This document shows positions 46,662 to 56,471 of a stretch of 64,000 nucleotides of DNA, one piece after another. The notes under the pieces are model-generated. The model saw only the letters and a list, made by a program, of their open reading frames with translations, was not told the origin of the DNA and did no database searches. How positions within the stretch are numbered: position 1 is the first letter of the stretch; the number at the start of each line of letters is the position of its first letter. The position numbers and the translations under genes were made by a program. The stretch comes from Pokkaliibacter sp. MBI-7 (lineage in GTDB: Bacteria > Pseudomonadota > Gammaproteobacteria > Pseudomonadales > Balneatricaceae), in NCBI RefSeq assembly GCF_029846635.1, contig NZ_JARVTG010000002.1, positions 103,853 through 167,852 of the forward strand. The letters run 5' to 3'.

Positions 46662-47642
46662 ATGCGTTTCGGAATTCTAGGTAATGCCAAGATTGCTCGT
46701 ACTCAGGTGGCGCCAGCCATTATTGAGGCTGGCCATCAGATTCATGCCATTGCTTCGCGTTCGCAGGAGCAGGCGCAGGCATTCGCCGATATGTTCGGTG
46801 TAGCCCGGTGCTATGACAGTTACGAAGCCCTGTTGGCTGATGAGCAGATTGAGGCTGTCTATATTCCCTTACCCAACCACCTGCATGTGCCCTGGGCACT
46901 GAAAGCCATTCAGGCGGGTAAGCATGTGTTGTGCGAAAAACCTATTGCCCTCGATCTGGCGGATCTGCATCCGCTGCTGGATGCCGTCAAACACAGTGAC
47001 CGCGTGGTGATGGAGGCGTTCATGGTCTGTCATCACCAGCAGTGGCAGGCCATTCATGACACCATTCTGCCCGCCATTGGCGACGTGCACGCGATCCATG
47101 CCATGTTCAGCTATGCCAATGATGATCCTGCCAACGTGCGTAATGTGGCCGAGTGGGGCGGCGGCGGTCTGCTGGATATCGGCTGCTATACCGTTCTGGC
47201 GGGTCTCTGGAGCTATGGCTGTGAGCCGCTGTCAGTGCAGAGCGTGATGGATATTGATCCACGTTTCGGTACTGACCGCCTCACCAGTGCACTGCTCGAC
47301 TTTGGTCAGGGGCGTGTACTGAACATGACGGTGTCTACTCAGCTGGCCAAGTACCAGCGCATTGTTCTGATGGGGCGCAAAGGCTGGGCTGAGCTGGATG
47401 TGCCTTTCAATCCGGCGGTAGCAGGCACTCGTATTCGCATGGAAACGGGCGGTGAGCTGGGAACGGGTCTGGAAGTTCTGCTCCCTGCGCAGAACCAGTA
47501 CGCGGCGATGGTCTCCGCCTTTGTCGAGCATACCGAATCCGGCAAGGGCTGGAACAATCTGCAGCAGTCCCATGCCCTGATTCAGGTGCTGGACAAGATT
47601 CGTATGAAGGCTCATGCACCGGTGCAGGGGGTTGTACTGTGA
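46662..47642 (+). CDS. Gfo/Idh/MocA family NAD(P)-dependent oxidoreductase
   Basis: MRFGILGNAKIART...VYIPLPNHLHVPWALKAIQAGKHVLCEKP (Rossmann fold plus EKP motif). Confidence 0.85.
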   Translation: MRFGILGNAKIARTQVAPAIIEAGHQIHAIASRSQEQAQAFADMFGVARCYDSYEALLADEQIEAVYIPLPNHLHVPWALKAIQAGKHVLCEKPIALDLADLHPLLDAVKHSDRVVMEAFMVCHHQQWQAIHDTILPAIGDVHAIHAMFSYANDDPANVRNVAEWGGGGLLDIGCYTVLAGLWSYGCEPLSVQSVMDIDPRFGTDRLTSALLDFGQGRVLNMTVSTQLAKYQRIVLMGRKGWAELDVPFNPAVAGTRIRMETGGELGTGLEVLLPAQNQYAAMVSAFVEHTESGKGWNNLQQSHALIQVLDKIRMKAHAPVQGVVL

Positions 47643-47656
47643 CAGGAGGAAAAGCG

Positions 47657-48676
47657 ATGAACAGCTCGATGAAGTGGGCAGTCGTTGGCGCCAGTACGAT
47701 TGCCGCAGAGTGGATGATCCCTGCCATTCGCAGCCAGGGTGATGAGGTGGTGGCGCTCTTGTCGTCCAGCGAGAGCCGGGGGCTGGACTATGCTGGTCAG
47801 CATCTGATTGCTAACGCTTATACTGATCTTGCCACCCTGCTGGCAGAGCAGAAGCCGGATGCGGTCTATATCTCCACCACTAATGAGCTGCACCGTGATC
47901 AGTGTATTCAGGCGGCACAGGCGGGGGTGCATGTTCTGTGTGAAAAGCCACTGGCGCTTAATCTCGACGATGCGGTTGCCATGGTGCGTGCCTGTGAAGA
48001 CGCCGGTGTGGTCATGGCGACCAATCACCATTTACGCCATGCCATTACCCATCAGGCGCTGCGCGAGCAAATAGCCAGCGGGGCGGTTGGCACGCCGTCG
48101 GCGGCAAGAGTGTTTCATGCCGTGAGCCTGCCGGAGCATTTGCGCGGCTGGCGGATAAACAAAGCCGATGCGGGAGGCGGCGTAGTACTGGATATCACTG
48201 TTCATAACGCCGATACCCTGGCATTTATTCTGGGCGAGTATCCCCTGTCGGTCATGGCCATGACCCAGAACACAGGGATGGGCGAAGGTATTGAGGACGG
48301 CGCCATGAGTGTCTGGCGTTTTCCTTCCGGGTTGCTGGCCTATACCCATGAGAGTTTTGCCACGCCTTTTGCCGATACCGGACTGGAAATTCATGGCGAT
48401 CAGGGCAGTCTGGTGGCCAAGGGTGTGATGACGCAGCAGCCGACCGGTGATGTCTGGTTGCGCAATGGGGAAGGGCGGATGCGGTTGCCACTGGACCATC
48501 ACAATCTTTATGAAGAGGGAGTCAGTCAGTTCCGTCAGGCTATCTGCTCTGGCAGCCATCCGGCGGCGGATGGCTGGGCAGGCGTTCGTTCACTGGCGGT
48601 GGCACTGGCCGTGCTGGCCTCTGCTCGCAGTGGCAAGGAAGAGGTCGTCGATTACGGTGCAGCGGCCCCGGGCTGA
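47657..48676 (+). CDS. Gfo/Idh/MocA family oxidoreductase, second copy
   Basis: MKWAVVGASTIAAEWMIPAI...VYISTTNELHRDQCIQAAQAGVHVLCEKP. Strong AGGAGG RBS 8 nt before ATG 47657. The ORF track starts at GTG 47639. Confidence 0.85.
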   Translation: MNSSMKWAVVGASTIAAEWMIPAIRSQGDEVVALLSSSESRGLDYAGQHLIANAYTDLATLLAEQKPDAVYISTTNELHRDQCIQAAQAGVHVLCEKPLALNLDDAVAMVRACEDAGVVMATNHHLRHAITHQALREQIASGAVGTPSAARVFHAVSLPEHLRGWRINKADAGGGVVLDITVHNADTLAFILGEYPLSVMAMTQNTGMGEGIEDGAMSVWRFPSGLLAYTHESFATPFADTGLEIHGDQGSLVAKGVMTQQPTGDVWLRNGEGRMRLPLDHHNLYEEGVSQFRQAICSGSHPAADGWAGVRSLAVALAVLASARSGKEEVVDYGAAAPG

Positions 48677-49089
48677 GCTGTCGGACGATAAGCCTGACAG
48701 CTGGCGGGCAGCCAGTACCAGGGCAACCTGACACCTGAGCAACGCCATTGAATGCTGCCCCCTTCGGTCAGGCTGGGGTTGAAGATCAGTCCGCCACCTG
48801 CAAAACGCTCGTCTTTCATGTTGACGCGCAGAATGCCATCCCGTTCCCTGATCTGGACACTGTCGATCATATCCGGCAGTGGTTTGCTGTAGCCTGCCTG
48901 TTTCAGATCCGCCGGGATGCGTTTGTTGAGCAGGTAATAGGCACCGATGTCGTCACCGATGGCGCGTGCTACCTGCTCGGCGGTGGCCAGCTCGCTTCTG
49001 GCCTGTTGTGCCTGATAGGCAGCAACGCTGCCCTGCACCGGTGTGACCAGCAGATAGCTGGCATAGAGAACGGAAAACAAATCAAGCAT
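48652..49089 (-). CDS. Type IV pilin-like protein lacking the canonical prepilin leader / N-methyl-Phe site
   Basis: VAAYQAQQARSELATAEQVARAIGDDIGAYYLLN...GGSIQWRCSG resembles the pilin alpha1 helix and C-terminal disulfide region. The N-terminus MLDLFSVLYASYLLV has no G-F/M-T-L-I-E motif. The 3' end overlaps the convergent oxidoreductase gene by 25 nt. Confidence 0.45.
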   Translation of the reverse strand: MLDLFSVLYASYLLVTPVQGSVAAYQAQQARSELATAEQVARAIGDDIGAYYLLNKRIPADLKQAGYSKPLPDMIDSVQIRERDGILRVNMKDERFAGGGLIFNPSLTEGGSIQWRCSGVRLPWYWLPASCQAYRPTAQPGAAAP

Positions 49090-49476
49090 GGGGAAGCATC
49101 CTGCCTGCTCGCGAAGACGGCGTGTGGGTTGTCACGGTATGGGTGGTCATGGATTAGCCTGTGCAGGTATGGCCCGGAACAATATTGACTAGAACAACAT
49201 TGCCTGAGGCAAAAGACTGAACGCTAATCCACAGTCCATAAAAGGGCTGTTATGGTACCTCCCACCCTTTCACGTGCATAGCCACTGGCTCCTTTCATCT
49301 GTATCAAAGCTTGTGCAAGGCAGGGAAAGCCCGCTATTTGTATAGGGGCCTGAGCACAACCTCATGTGCGCCTGCCATTTCGAGCAGGAGTGTCGACGGT
49401 GACAGGGCGTGTTCCTGTTCTGAAAGAGCAGGTCCAGACAGCTAACTGACAGCGACCCATCAACCAGGAGTAGCGG

Positions 49477-50613
49477 ATGCACATTGTTATCGCCCCCGAT
49501 TCATTCAAGGAATGCCTGACTGCCATGGAGGTAGCCGAAGCACTGGCCGACGGACTGCAAATGGCACTGCCGGATGCGCACTGTGAACTGGTCCCCATGG
49601 CTGACGGTGGCGAGGGAACCACCGCTACCCTGTTACAGGCGCTGGGGGGCGAGCGTGTTGATGTGGAGGTGCATGGGCCATTGGGTGGGAAAACCTGGGC
49701 CTATTTTGGCCTGATTGATCAGGGTAAGACCGCCGTTATGGAAATGGCTGAAGCCAGCGGATTGCATCTGGTGCCGCCCGATCAGCGCAATCCGTTGCTG
49801 ACCAGCAGTTTTGGGACGGGGGAGTTGATTGAAGCGGCCCTGACGCGCGGGGCACAGCGTATTGTGCTGGGTATTGGCGGCAGCGCGACCAATGACGGTG
49901 GTGCAGGGATGCTGATGGCACTGGGAGCGACCCTGCTTGATCAGACCGGTGCACCGATTGCGCTGGGCGGCGCGGCACTGGCTACACTGGCCAGCCTTGA
50001 TCTGTCGACGCTTGATGCGCGTCTGGCACAGATACAGATTGATATCGCCTGTGATGTGACTAACCCACTGTGTGGGGAGCGTGGGGCATCTGCTGTCTTT
50101 GGCCCACAGAAAGGAGCCAGCCCGGAGCAGGTGGTACAACTGGATCAGGCATTGCTGCACTTTGGCGCCATGCTGGCAGGTCAGAGTGGTCGTGATGCGC
50201 TTAATCACCCCGGTACAGGGGCGGCAGGGGGTCTGGGAGCTGGGCTGTTTGCCGGTCTGGGAGCGGAGTTACGACCGGGTATTGAGCTGGTCATTGATAC
50301 GGTACAGCTGGAAGACAAGATTGCGGCAGCTGATCTGGTGCTGACAGGCGAAGGGCGCATTGATCATCAGACTATATACGGCAAGACTCCGTTTGGTGTG
50401 GCTCAGGTAGCACAGCGTCTGGGCAAGCCGGTGATTGCGGTGGCCGGTAGTGTAGGCGAAGGCTACGAGGTAGTGCATCAGCACGGTATCAACGCGGTAT
50501 TCAGTATTAGCCCCGGGCCGCAGAGCCTGCTGCAGGCACTTGCCAACGGTAAGGAGCAACTGACCAGAACCGCACGTAATATCGGTGAAATGCTCAAGCT
50601 CCCTGCCAGATAG
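49477..50613 (+). CDS. glxK: Glycerate kinase (GlxK/GarK family)
   Basis: MHIVIAPDSFKECLTAMEVAEALADG...LVPMADGGEGT...GIGGSATNDGGAGM. RBS AGGAG. Confidence 0.85.
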   Translation: MHIVIAPDSFKECLTAMEVAEALADGLQMALPDAHCELVPMADGGEGTTATLLQALGGERVDVEVHGPLGGKTWAYFGLIDQGKTAVMEMAEASGLHLVPPDQRNPLLTSSFGTGELIEAALTRGAQRIVLGIGGSATNDGGAGMLMALGATLLDQTGAPIALGGAALATLASLDLSTLDARLAQIQIDIACDVTNPLCGERGASAVFGPQKGASPEQVVQLDQALLHFGAMLAGQSGRDALNHPGTGAAGGLGAGLFAGLGAELRPGIELVIDTVQLEDKIAAADLVLTGEGRIDHQTIYGKTPFGVAQVAQRLGKPVIAVAGSVGEGYEVVHQHGINAVFSISPGPQSLLQALANGKEQLTRTARNIGEMLKLPAR

Positions 50614-50632
50614 AGCAGAGCTTCTGGCTAGG

Positions 50633-51094
50633 TTACTTGTGCAGGATATAACGGGTTCTGACCTTGTTGCTGCCAACTACCGCGGTCAGTGTGCTGGCAA
50701 GCGTATCCATCCCGGTAAAGCCGCGCAGGCGCTGCACCTGTCCGAAGCGATGATGGACCAGAATGGAGTCGATATTTCTGAACTTACGTTGCAGGGTCAG
50801 ACGGTCAATATCCGTCAGCAGGGTAGTGCGCAGGTTGTCGCCCTGGCTGACCTGCAGCTCTGTATCGGTAAGGGTGAGGTGGATATGCCCGGCTTCGTCG
50901 CGCCAGTAGGCCAGATGCTGATACTTGTGCCAGGCCAGCCAGAACATCATCGGTGCAAAGATATACATTTGATACTGGTTGTTCTTGTACCCCAGATACA
51001 GCGCACCGATTCCCAGGAGCACCAGCACGACGGCAAAGATCTGAATATTGCGCTGCTGGCTGCGAATAAAGGCGGGGCTGATGCTGAAAGTCAT
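50633..51094 (-). CDS. Hypothetical membrane protein (2 TM N-terminus plus bacterial PH-like C-terminal domain)
   Basis: Hydrophobic N-terminus IFAVVLVLLGIGALYLGY, IFAPMMFWLAW. Confidence 0.5.
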   Translation of the reverse strand: MTFSISPAFIRSQQRNIQIFAVVLVLLGIGALYLGYKNNQYQMYIFAPMMFWLAWHKYQHLAYWRDEAGHIHLTLTDTELQVSQGDNLRTTLLTDIDRLTLQRKFRNIDSILVHHRFGQVQRLRGFTGMDTLASTLTAVVGSNKVRTRYILHK

Positions 51095-51198
51095 AGGGCG
51101 TGGCTCGGCAGTTAAGGCGAGGCCACACTATACCTTATCCCGCTGGGTATACCTCAACTCCCCTCGCGCGTGATGGCGGCGAGTCGCAGCGGTATATC

Positions 51199-52230
51199 TC
51201 AGAGGCCCTGACCAAACAAGGCTTTCAGGTCGATGGTAGAGTCTTTCCCCAGCTGCTGGCGGTGGCTGTCCATCCATAATGCCGCCTGCACGCGGCCCAT
51301 ATCACGCAACATCTCAAAGAAGGGTAGATAGGCCACCAGTTTGGACTCGGTCGGCAGGGCAAACATGCGTTCGTCAGGGTCGATCATATGGAAGCGGATA
51401 CGGGCCAGATTGCGCTCCAGCCGGCCATAGGGTAGCCAGGATAATCCGGCAAAGTCGCGGGCCTGCACGATCATGCGCATTTCTCGCAGAAAGGCACTGT
51501 TAAAGGCAATGTCCATGGCGCGATTCTTTATTTCCTGTGCAGAGCGCGGCAGTTCTCCAAGGCGCATGGGAGACAGCAGAATGAGCAGGATGTCATCGCT
51601 CTTGCACTCATAGAACAGCGGAAAAATGGCCGGATTGGCTGAATAGCCGCCATCCCAGTAGGGTTCTCCTTCAATCTCGATTGAGTGATGCAGCGTCGGC
51701 AGGCACGCAGAGGCAAGCAGGGCATCAGCCGTTAGCTCGTGGCGATGAAACAGCCGCAGGTGCCCGGTATTGGCATTGGTGGCAGCGATAAACAGCCTGA
51801 ACGGACTGCACTGGCTCAATCGGGCGAAGTCGAACTGGCTCTCAACAATCTTGCGCAGCGGATTGTGGTCCATGGGGTTGAGCTGGTAGGGCGAGAAGTA
51901 GTGGGTCAGGCCCATGACGAAGTTGAGGGCGGGTGATACGGTCAGCTGATCATTGTCATTCTGGCTGGCCAGCTGGAAAGGCGCACTGCTGGCGACCGCC
52001 TGCCAGAAATCCTGCAGCGCCTGTCGGGCACCTTCGCGGCCCTGTTCCATCCAGCCATGGGCCATGGCAACGGCATTCATGGCACCTGCGCTGGTGCCGC
52101 TGATACCTTCAAACTCGCAGTAGCCATCTTCCAGCAGATAATCCAGCACGCCCCAGGTAAACGCGCCGTGGGCACCTCCTCCCTGCAAGGCCAGATTCAA
52201 CTGCGGATTCCGTTGGAAGAGTCGTGCCAT
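51199..52230 (-). CDS. Patatin-like phospholipase
   Basis: LALQGGGAHGAFTWGVLDYL (oxyanion GGGxxG) and GISGTSAGAMNAV (GxSxG). Start chosen at ATG 52230 with AAGGAG RBS. The ORF is open up to 52296. Confidence 0.85.
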   Translation of the reverse strand: MARLFQRNPQLNLALQGGGAHGAFTWGVLDYLLEDGYCEFEGISGTSAGAMNAVAMAHGWMEQGREGARQALQDFWQAVASSAPFQLASQNDNDQLTVSPALNFVMGLTHYFSPYQLNPMDHNPLRKIVESQFDFARLSQCSPFRLFIAATNANTGHLRLFHRHELTADALLASACLPTLHHSIEIEGEPYWDGGYSANPAIFPLFYECKSDDILLILLSPMRLGELPRSAQEIKNRAMDIAFNSAFLREMRMIVQARDFAGLSWLPYGRLERNLARIRFHMIDPDERMFALPTESKLVAYLPFFEMLRDMGRVQAALWMDSHRQQLGKDSTIDLKALFGQGL

Positions 52231-52391
52231 CACTGTCTCCTTTGCTTTCTCGCTCGCCTGATCATCGCCGTCTGCAATGATTGTGCGGTGCGACATGGGA
52301 AAAGTTAATGGCTGATGCGTTACAAATTAGTTGAATCAGTGAACACGTCAGCGGAGCAGCCCTTTCAGCTGCTCCGCTTTGGCTGAGGTGC

Positions 52392-53885
52392 TCAGTCTGC
52401 TGCCAGAGAGCGTGACTTCTTGCTGCTGACTGTCTCGCTGTCAGGGTGATGAGAGGGGGTGTTCACCCTGGAAAGCATGTGCTCTTCCATGTTTTCCAGC
52501 TCGACCCCTTTGGTCTCGGGCAGGTAGCGGCTGACAAAGAAGAAGGCGACAAACATGCAGGCGACAAAAATCCACATCGGGAAAGCGCCATTGAAATGTT
52601 CTTGCAGCCAAGCGTTATCAAGCAGTATGGGAAATAGCTGACCGATGAGGAAGTTGCTGATCCACATGGCGGTGACGGCCATCGACATACCGTACGAACG
52701 CATGTGATTGGGAAATACTTCAGAAATAACGATCCATGCGCCCAGAGCCCAGGAAATGGCAAAGAAGATCATGAACAGTAACATCCCTGACAGGGTCAGG
52801 TAGCCTGCGGTAATGGCTGCCTCGCCACTCAGTCCTTTGGCAGCATAGATGTAATAGGATGTGATCGACAGACCCACCGCCGCGCCGACAGCACCAATCT
52901 TCAACAACGGCACCCGGCCAACACGATCCATCAGGAAGGCGCCGATACCCGTGCCAATCAGCTGGACAACGCCTATCCAGATCGTCATGAACATCGCTGA
53001 CTCGTTATCCCCAGTGACACGCTCAAGTACCATCGGGGCGAAGTACATCATGATGTTGACGCCACTCAGCTGTTGCAGAACCGCTACACCGGCGGCGATC
53101 CCCGTAATGATCCAGAATCGACGACTGCGTAGCAGGTGATCTTCTGTGGCACGCTGCCGACTGAGGCGTTCGGCTGACAGTGAGGCACGAATATCCTGTA
53201 TGCAGCGGTCGGCATAGGCATGGCCGCCAATCTTGCACAGTGTCGCTCTGGCTTCCGCGTCACGGTTTTTCATTACCAGCCAGCGTGGAGACTCGGGAAT
53301 CAGCAGGGATACCAGGCAGAACAGCAGACAGGGGATGACTTCCGAGCCAATCATAACGCGCCAGCCCATATCGACCAGCCATGCCTGACTGGTACCTTTC
53401 GCGATCAGGAAGTTGATGATGAAAATCACGACCTGGCCGAAGACGATGGCAAAATTCTGCATGCCGATGGTGCGCCCCCTCAAGGCGGAGGGTGAAACTT
53501 CGGACATGTACATCGGCGACACTGCCGATGCGACACCGACAGCAACGCCACCGATCATTCGATAGATAACGAACCACAGGAAGCTGTCGACGACAGCCGC
53601 ACCCAGCGCTGAGACGGTAAACAGCAGCGCGGCAATCATGAGCGTGAGCTTGCGGCCGAAGCGGGAGGCCATCTGGCCTGATATCAGCGCACCGAGAATG
53701 CAACCGATGGCGACGTTGGATACTGCCCAGCCTGTCCCGGCAGGGCTCAGATCAAAATATTCGGTGATCGGGTTGATGGCGCCGGAGATGACGGCGGTGT
53801 CATAGCCGAAAAGCAGGCCGCCAATAGCTGCCACTCCGCAGATGGAGAGCAAAAAGCGAAGATTGAATGAATTGCACTCAGACAT
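52392..53885 (-). CDS. MFS sugar porter family transporter (sugar:H+ symporter)
   Basis: LFGYDTAVISGA, GRK/R motifs, PESPRWL, PETKG motifs of the sugar porter family. Start ATG 53885 with AGGGG RBS. Confidence 0.85.
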   Translation of the reverse strand: MSECNSFNLRFLLSICGVAAIGGLLFGYDTAVISGAINPITEYFDLSPAGTGWAVSNVAIGCILGALISGQMASRFGRKLTLMIAALLFTVSALGAAVVDSFLWFVIYRMIGGVAVGVASAVSPMYMSEVSPSALRGRTIGMQNFAIVFGQVVIFIINFLIAKGTSQAWLVDMGWRVMIGSEVIPCLLFCLVSLLIPESPRWLVMKNRDAEARATLCKIGGHAYADRCIQDIRASLSAERLSRQRATEDHLLRSRRFWIITGIAAGVAVLQQLSGVNIMMYFAPMVLERVTGDNESAMFMTIWIGVVQLIGTGIGAFLMDRVGRVPLLKIGAVGAAVGLSITSYYIYAAKGLSGEAAITAGYLTLSGMLLFMIFFAISWALGAWIVISEVFPNHMRSYGMSMAVTAMWISNFLIGQLFPILLDNAWLQEHFNGAFPMWIFVACMFVAFFFVSRYLPETKGVELENMEEHMLSRVNTPSHHPDSETVSSKKSRSLAAD

Positions 53886-54316
53886 GGTTGCCCCTGTGAC
53901 TTTAAAAGTGGAAGTGATGTTTGTTGTTCGTTGTTTTTTCCACATGTGGCATATGGCATCTGAATATTGTCTTTATTATGTCGATGTGCATTTAAGCAGG
54001 GTGTTCTACAGATGCGACGCAATTGAGATCGATAAAAAGTTAATTCCCTCTATAGGGCTCCTTTGGTGGGTGTGGACGGGGGTAGTGTCACTCTTTCAGC
54101 TCAGGCTACAAGCACCGATCTACCATTAAGTATTTGAAATTAATGCAGTTAAAGCCTGTTCAATGGCCTGCTCAACGGTCAGCAAGGACTGGCCATGAGA
54201 GGCTCTCAGCATTGAAGAGGTTGCGTCGCTGCTAACGGAAAATAAGGATTCTTGTGGGGAAGTAAAGTGTCAGGCTATTCACTAATACGTTAGTTATATG
54301 TCTGATAGGGATATTT

Positions 54317-54817
54317 CTACAGGCGTAATTCCATTTCCTGCTCGTTGACTGACATCCCCCAGCGTCTGCTGTGATGCTCGTCTGTCAGCCTGAATCCTGC
54401 CTTGTCATACAGCTGTCTGGCTCGTTGCAGGCCTTCAAATGTATGCAGAAAGATAGTTTGGTAGTGGTGCTGGCGACAGAAGGCCAGCGCCCGCTGCAAC
54501 AGGGTCTTGCCAACACCGGTCCCGCGTAAGGGCTCATCCAGCATAAACCAGCGCAGCTGTGCGCCACGCTTCTGCAGATGCAGACTGTCTACGGCAATAC
54601 AGCCTGCCAGCTTGTCCTCGAACAGGGCGCAAAGCAGGCAATCCTGGCGGTCATCAAAACGTTCGGCAAAGGCAGCGATTTCCATCGCCAGTTGTGACTC
54701 GAAGTAGAGACCGAAATTCCACTCTGCAGCGTAGTACTCGGCATGCATCGCCACCATGTTGCCAATCACGCCGGGAAAAAAGCCGGGTCGGATGTGTACT
54801 GTGTTGATGTCAGCCAT
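54317..54817 (-). CDS. GNAT-family acetyltransferase
   Basis: RGTGVGKTLLQRALAFCRQHHYQTIFL (motif A). Start chosen at ATG 54817 (MADINTV). Confidence 0.7.
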   Translation of the reverse strand: MADINTVHIRPGFFPGVIGNMVAMHAEYYAAEWNFGLYFESQLAMEIAAFAERFDDRQDCLLCALFEDKLAGCIAVDSLHLQKRGAQLRWFMLDEPLRGTGVGKTLLQRALAFCRQHHYQTIFLHTFEGLQRARQLYDKAGFRLTDEHHSRRWGMSVNEQEMELRL

Positions 54818-54923
54818 GTCCACACCTGTATTTGCCAATGCATTCTGTTGACTAGCGTTGTTGGGCACTGGCTTGCTGCATAGTGAACAGGTTCTGCACC
54901 TGCCAGCGCCCGCTGATGCCCAA

Positions 54924-55340
54924 TCAAGTATAGAGCTTGTGCATGAAGTAGCGCTGGTGGCCGGGAGGAAAGTTCTCTATCTGACCGACCACAGTGAAGC
55001 CAAGGCGGGCGTAGAACTCTCTTCCCTGAAACGACAGGGTGTCCACTTGTGCGGCGGTGCAGCCGCGTGCCCGTGCTTCCTGCTCTGCCGTTTCCATCAG
55101 TTGACGACCCAGGCCGCCGCGACGGTTGTCTGCCGCCACCCACACCACTTCAACCAGAAAGTGACCATAAATGGTACGGCCACCGACGCCGCCGACCAGC
55201 TCCTCCCTGTCATTCCAGGCCAGCACGTTTAAGGGGCGGGCATCGTTATAGCCCATGACCTCGGTGTTGTACTGGCGGACCAGGGTATAGAGCTGTTTGA
55301 CGGCGTCTTCCTGAGGTGAATCAAAACACTGGATTTTCAT
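54924..55340 (-). CDS. GNAT-family acetyltransferase (small)
   Basis: VAADNRRGGLGRQLMETAEQEARARGCTAAQVDT (motif A). Start at MKIQCF. Confidence 0.7.
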   Translation of the reverse strand: MKIQCFDSPQEDAVKQLYTLVRQYNTEVMGYNDARPLNVLAWNDREELVGGVGGRTIYGHFLVEVVWVAADNRRGGLGRQLMETAEQEARARGCTAAQVDTLSFQGREFYARLGFTVVGQIENFPPGHQRYFMHKLYT

Positions 55341-55599
55341 GGGTTTACATCCATTTAAGCAAACGATGGCAAGCGCTTTCGGTAAATCATCGGGTGGATG
55401 GAACTGTCGTATTCTGCAGTCAACACAAGGCAGGTCTGCAGCCAAGTTGTAAACGGCGCTGATAGTGCAGTGGTTGACACCATTGGCGGTATCGCGGCCA
55501 GACGTGCGGTCTATACTTTAGCCGTTGTTGATAAATCTTCCTGATATCGGCTGGGCTGATGATCAGGGCATAAGTTTCATTCCATATCAGGGCGCAGTC

Positions 55600-56400
55600 A
55601 TGGCATGCAGTTGTATAACGCACAGAATTGCTGCTGTTCTGATCTGGTTCCTGCTTGGTACGGGAACATTGCAGGCGGCGCCGCTGCTGATTGCAACCGA
55701 TGAGTTACCACCCTATACCAGTCGCAATCAGGCCGACAGCTTTCTCACCGATTTGTTGGCTGCGGTCGGTGAGCAAATGGGCGAACCATTGGTGATGACC
55801 TTCATGCCGTGGAAGCGGGCGGAGTCCTCTGTGGAAGACCAGAGCGTATGGGCAGCAGTCCCTTATGTGCCCACTGAAGAACGTAAGAAGAAGTTCCTTT
55901 TCTCTGACCCCCTCTACAGCAAACAGACCAAATTCTTTTACTACAGTGCCAGCTGTAAACCCATCGATATCCAGTTCGAGGTGTTGAAGGACCTGCGCAT
56001 CTTCCGTATCGGTGCAGTGCGGGGCTATTACTACGAGCAGATGTTTAACGATGCCAAATTGTATGTGGAATACGTGAACGGCGAAGTGCAGAACTTCCAT
56101 AAATTGCGCGAAGGGCGGATTGATCTTACACCTGCTCTGGAGGCTGTGGGCTGGTACCTGATCAGGAAAGAATTTGGTAAAGCACAGGCCAAGTGTTTCT
56201 TTACCCTGCAAATGCCGCTACAGACCGGCGCCAACTATCTGATGATGTCGCGTCACTGGCCTGACGCCGAGCAGGTGCTTGCCCGGTTCAACGAAGCACT
56301 GCGTGCGCTCAAGGCTAACGGTACTTATCAGCGTATTGCTGAACAGCATGGCATTATCATGCCGTACATCGCCTTGCAGGACGGGCAGACCAGCCCCTGA
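55600..56400 (+). CDS. Periplasmic substrate-binding protein, family 3 (amino-acid-type), orphan
   Basis: Signal peptide MACSCITHRIAAVLIWFLLGTGTLQAAPL, then LIATDELPPYT. No permease or ATPase is adjacent. Confidence 0.65.
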   Translation: MACSCITHRIAAVLIWFLLGTGTLQAAPLLIATDELPPYTSRNQADSFLTDLLAAVGEQMGEPLVMTFMPWKRAESSVEDQSVWAAVPYVPTEERKKKFLFSDPLYSKQTKFFYYSASCKPIDIQFEVLKDLRIFRIGAVRGYYYEQMFNDAKLYVEYVNGEVQNFHKLREGRIDLTPALEAVGWYLIRKEFGKAQAKCFFTLQMPLQTGANYLMMSRHWPDAEQVLARFNEALRALKANGTYQRIAEQHGIIMPYIALQDGQTSP

Positions 56401-56471
56401 AAGGCACGCGCCTGGCGCAACCATGGCCTGCCCGCCAGAAAGCGAGCAGGCCATGAACAGGGGCTAAAGGA

